Below are positions 36,180-38,108 of a stretch of DNA of 38,108 bases, piece after piece (position 1 is the first letter of the stretch; every line of letters starts with the position of its first letter). The notes beneath the pieces are model-generated. The model ran no database searches. It was not told the DNA's origin and saw only the letters and a list, made by a program, of their open reading frames with translations. The stretch lies in the UHGV virus genome UHGV-2124252; one strand, given 5' to 3'. The translations under genes and the position numbers were made by a program. This stretch comes from a virus.

Positions 36180-36375
36180 AACCATTGTCTGTTTTCTTTT
36201 CTGGTATATGTACGCAGGATCATGCAGCGCAAGACTTCATCGTTCCCTGGGCTATGGCAGGCACTACGACACCGCGCATTACATCCTGTACATGACCGCC
36301 GTCATGTTGTTCTGGCCAGTCACCCTGCCAGCTGCAACCGACATTGTTGCCGACAGACTGAAAAAAAGGAGATGA
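36169..36375 (+). CDS. Small membrane protein
   Basis: 68 aa, two hydrophobic helices, GGAGG RBS. Confidence 0.45.
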   Translation: MTTETIVCFLFWYMYAGSCSARLHRSLGYGRHYDTAHYILYMTAVMLFWPVTLPAATDIVADRLKKRR

Positions 36376-36376
36376 T

Positions 36377-36826
36377 ATGCAGAAAAAACGCCTGATACAG
36401 CTTATCCATATTGCCCGTAATGAACTGGGTATGGATGAAGACACCTACCGCCAGATGTTACAGGGGCTGACCGGTAAAGCCTCAACCAAAGGAATGGATA
36501 CCACACAACTAAACTGCGTGCTGGAATCCATGAAAAAGAAAGGCTTTCGCGTTAAACCAGCCAGAAAAGCCAGCTCCGGTTTACCGCTTGATAACCATCC
36601 GCAGTCCAGGAAAATTCGTGCGCTATGGCTTGAAATGGCTGCTGCCGGCATTGTTCGTGACCGTTCAGAAAATGCATTAGCGAGGTGGATCAAGCGGGAA
36701 ACGGGCATCATTGCCCTGCGCTGGCTCAGTACTGAACAGGCAAGCAGTGTTATTGAGAAACTGAAGAAGTGGCAGCGCAGAGCTGCGGGAGTCAAACATG
36801 AGCGACCTGAATCAGTTTCGAAGTAA
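36377..36826 (+). CDS. GemA-like regulatory protein (Mu gp16 family)
   Basis: MQKKRLIQLIHIARNELGMDEDTYRQML... typical N-terminus of Mu gp16/GemA family. Confidence 0.7.
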   Translation: MQKKRLIQLIHIARNELGMDEDTYRQMLQGLTGKASTKGMDTTQLNCVLESMKKKGFRVKPARKASSGLPLDNHPQSRKIRALWLEMAAAGIVRDRSENALARWIKRETGIIALRWLSTEQASSVIEKLKKWQRRAAGVKHERPESVSK

Positions 36827-37196
36827 GGGGCCGGAACTCCTGGTGGAACTGGCACAGCATACCTCTGAGACCGTTCGCGAGATTATTGATATTGAGCCCG
36901 AAGTTGCCGACCAGATTGGTCAGGCCGTCGCGAACCGAATGATGCAGGTCTGGGGCGGGCAAAACGTTTATTTTCCTATGGGCATGGTATGGAAGGTCAG
37001 TCAGCGCGACCGGGAAATCTTCAGGGAGTTTAACGGACGCAACCACCACGAACTGGCCCGCAAGTTTGGTGTTTCGCTTCAGTGGGTCTACAGCGTGGTT
37101 AAGCGGGTCAGAAAAGAAGAACTGGATCGGATGCAGGGCAGGTTGTTTGATGAAGATCTGCCAGAGGAGACGAAAGACGTTAACAAATCCAGATAA
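36798..37196 (+). CDS. mor: Mor/C-family transcription activator
   Basis: ...GGQNVYFPMG...REIFREFNGRNHHELARKFGVSLQWVYSVVKRVRK matches Mor family C-terminal HTH. Confidence 0.8.
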   Translation: MSDLNQFRSKGPELLVELAQHTSETVREIIDIEPEVADQIGQAVANRMMQVWGGQNVYFPMGMVWKVSQRDREIFREFNGRNHHELARKFGVSLQWVYSVVKRVRKEELDRMQGRLFDEDLPEETKDVNKSR

Positions 37197-37239
37197 TTCC
37201 TGCTTGTTAAAGTCCTTTCAAAAATCTCCTTATTGTATA

Positions 37240-37272
37240 AAAGCACGGTAGACCCCTTACCGTGCTTTTTTT
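37240..37272 (+). terminator. Rho-independent terminator after mor-like gene
   Basis: aaagcacggta gacccct taccgtgcttt followed by TTTTTTT. Confidence 0.75.
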
Positions 37273-37309
37273 ATGCTCTCTCTTTAGTATTCAGGATGCA
37301 GGGAGAAAA

Positions 37310-37943
37310 TATGTTTGACGTTTCGTTGTTAAATCTGCCATGGGCAACACTGGTGACCCTGACCAGTGGCTATATTGGGTATTTTATTGCGAATGTGGGA
37401 CTGAAGGATCACCACAAGCCCATTGAGGTGACTTTTTCTTCGCTGATTTTTGGCCTGACAGCAATGATGGCTTACCAGGCTGTTATGTGGGCAGGTCTGA
37501 ATGCCTGGCTGGCAACACCACCAGCACTTCTGTGTGCCGTTACATGCGGTGCGTGGTGGCGCAGGTACGGTCGCAAATGGATGTACAGATTACTGTGGAA
37601 TAATGATATTTCATGGTCTGACGATACCAGCTCAGCATGGCAGGCAATGTTTGATCAAACAGGCTTCAGCGTTACCGAGGTCAGAGTGATTCTTCGCGAT
37701 GGTTCCGGTATGATGTCACGACTGCCAGGGAACTTTGAAGAGTGGCCTAACGGTCCGTTTACCCTGGGGAATAAAGGCGATATGGTTCTTTACGTCACGC
37801 ACAGCAGCCCTTCAGGCAGTAACGAATGGGAAGAGTATAAAGGCGTGGTTGATAAGTACTGGGGAGCTCTGGCAACCTATATTCCAGCAGATCAGATTGC
37901 CAGAGTGGAGATCAGGCGCGTTCGTGCGACGAACGATGAATGA
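37310..37943 (+). CDS. Membrane protein (3 N-terminal TM helices + soluble C-terminal domain), function unknown
   Basis: 211 aa from ATG 37310 with AGGGAG RBS, after terminator. Confidence 0.6.
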
Positions 37944-37946
37944 TGT

Positions 37947-38108
37947 TTATTTTTTCCCTGGAGCAGGGGCTGCCGGCATAGTGGTTTTATTGGCAGAGGA
38001 AGACGATTCTCCTTTTCTACCGGAATCGCGCTCGAACGTCACGATGTGCTTGCTTTTGGGCTTTTCTGAGTAATCAAGGCTGTCATGCTTATTGTTTTGA
38101 GTAGTCAT
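37947..38108 (-). CDS. Partial ORF at window edge (at least 53 codons; start may lie beyond window)
   Basis: Minus-strand frame open from right edge to TAA at 37947-37949; hydrophilic Ser/Lys-rich. Confidence 0.25.
   Translation of the reverse strand: MTTQNNKHDSLDYSEKPKSKHIVTFERDSGRKGESSSSANKTTMPAAPAPGKK

Larger units (their letters stand above)
427..38108. mobile_element. Mu-like transposable prophage (one terminus at ~427-429; other terminus beyond right edge of window)
   Basis: Contiguous phage gene set including DDE transposase A + AAA+ transposition protein B, Gam, GemA-like, Mor-like, Mu-type head genes, gin invertase at the end; insertion interrupts host ssuB; no integrase/att-tRNA. 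Confidence 0.85.

Noticed and set aside
36798-37196. Second Mor/C-family activator (separate middle and late regulators as in Mu)
   Set aside because: Only one Mor/C-like gene is present in the window; a second may lie beyond the right edge or may not exist in this phage type.
37933-38073. Plus-strand ORF 37735..38073
   Set aside because: First two-thirds overlap the 37310..37943 gene in another frame; the remaining 45 codons have no RBS and oppose the convergent edge ORF.
427-38108. Site-specific integrase, attL/attR or tRNA integration target
   Set aside because: No tyrosine or large serine recombinase and no tRNA; the only recombinase is the small Gin-type invertase, and the element has a DDE transposase and interrupts a protein-coding gene.

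Overview
The window is an enterobacterial chromosome/prophage junction. Positions 1-426 are host DNA: the 3' end of pepN, a bidirectional terminator, and the 3' third of ssuB on the minus strand. The ssuB reading frame is broken at about 427, where a Mu-like transposable prophage begins; it runs to the right edge of the window, so the second phage end lies beyond 38108. From the terminus inward the phage carries a Gin-family invertase, an invertible tail-fibre region with three crossover sites and three alternative fibre C-terminal cassettes but only one tail fibre assembly gene, and then a contiguous minus-strand late operon (baseplate, tape measure with an internal 261-bp tandem duplication, frameshifted tail chaperone, tube, sheath, head, portal, terminase, spanins, endolysin, holin-like protein). 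Positions 25945-28400 are an accessory locus (P-loop protein, two small divergent ORFs, Dam methylase). A repressor / Cro-like switch at 28485-29112 is followed by a plus-strand early operon: DDE transposase A, AAA+ transposition protein B, Gam, GemA-like, Mor-like and several small ORFs. Early and late operons diverge from a central switch, which is not the collinear Mu arrangement. There are no tRNA, rRNA or CRISPR features and no tyrosine/serine integrase apart from gin. All calls rest on reading the supplied translations and the DNA by eye; no database search was run, and homologies are from memory of protein families.
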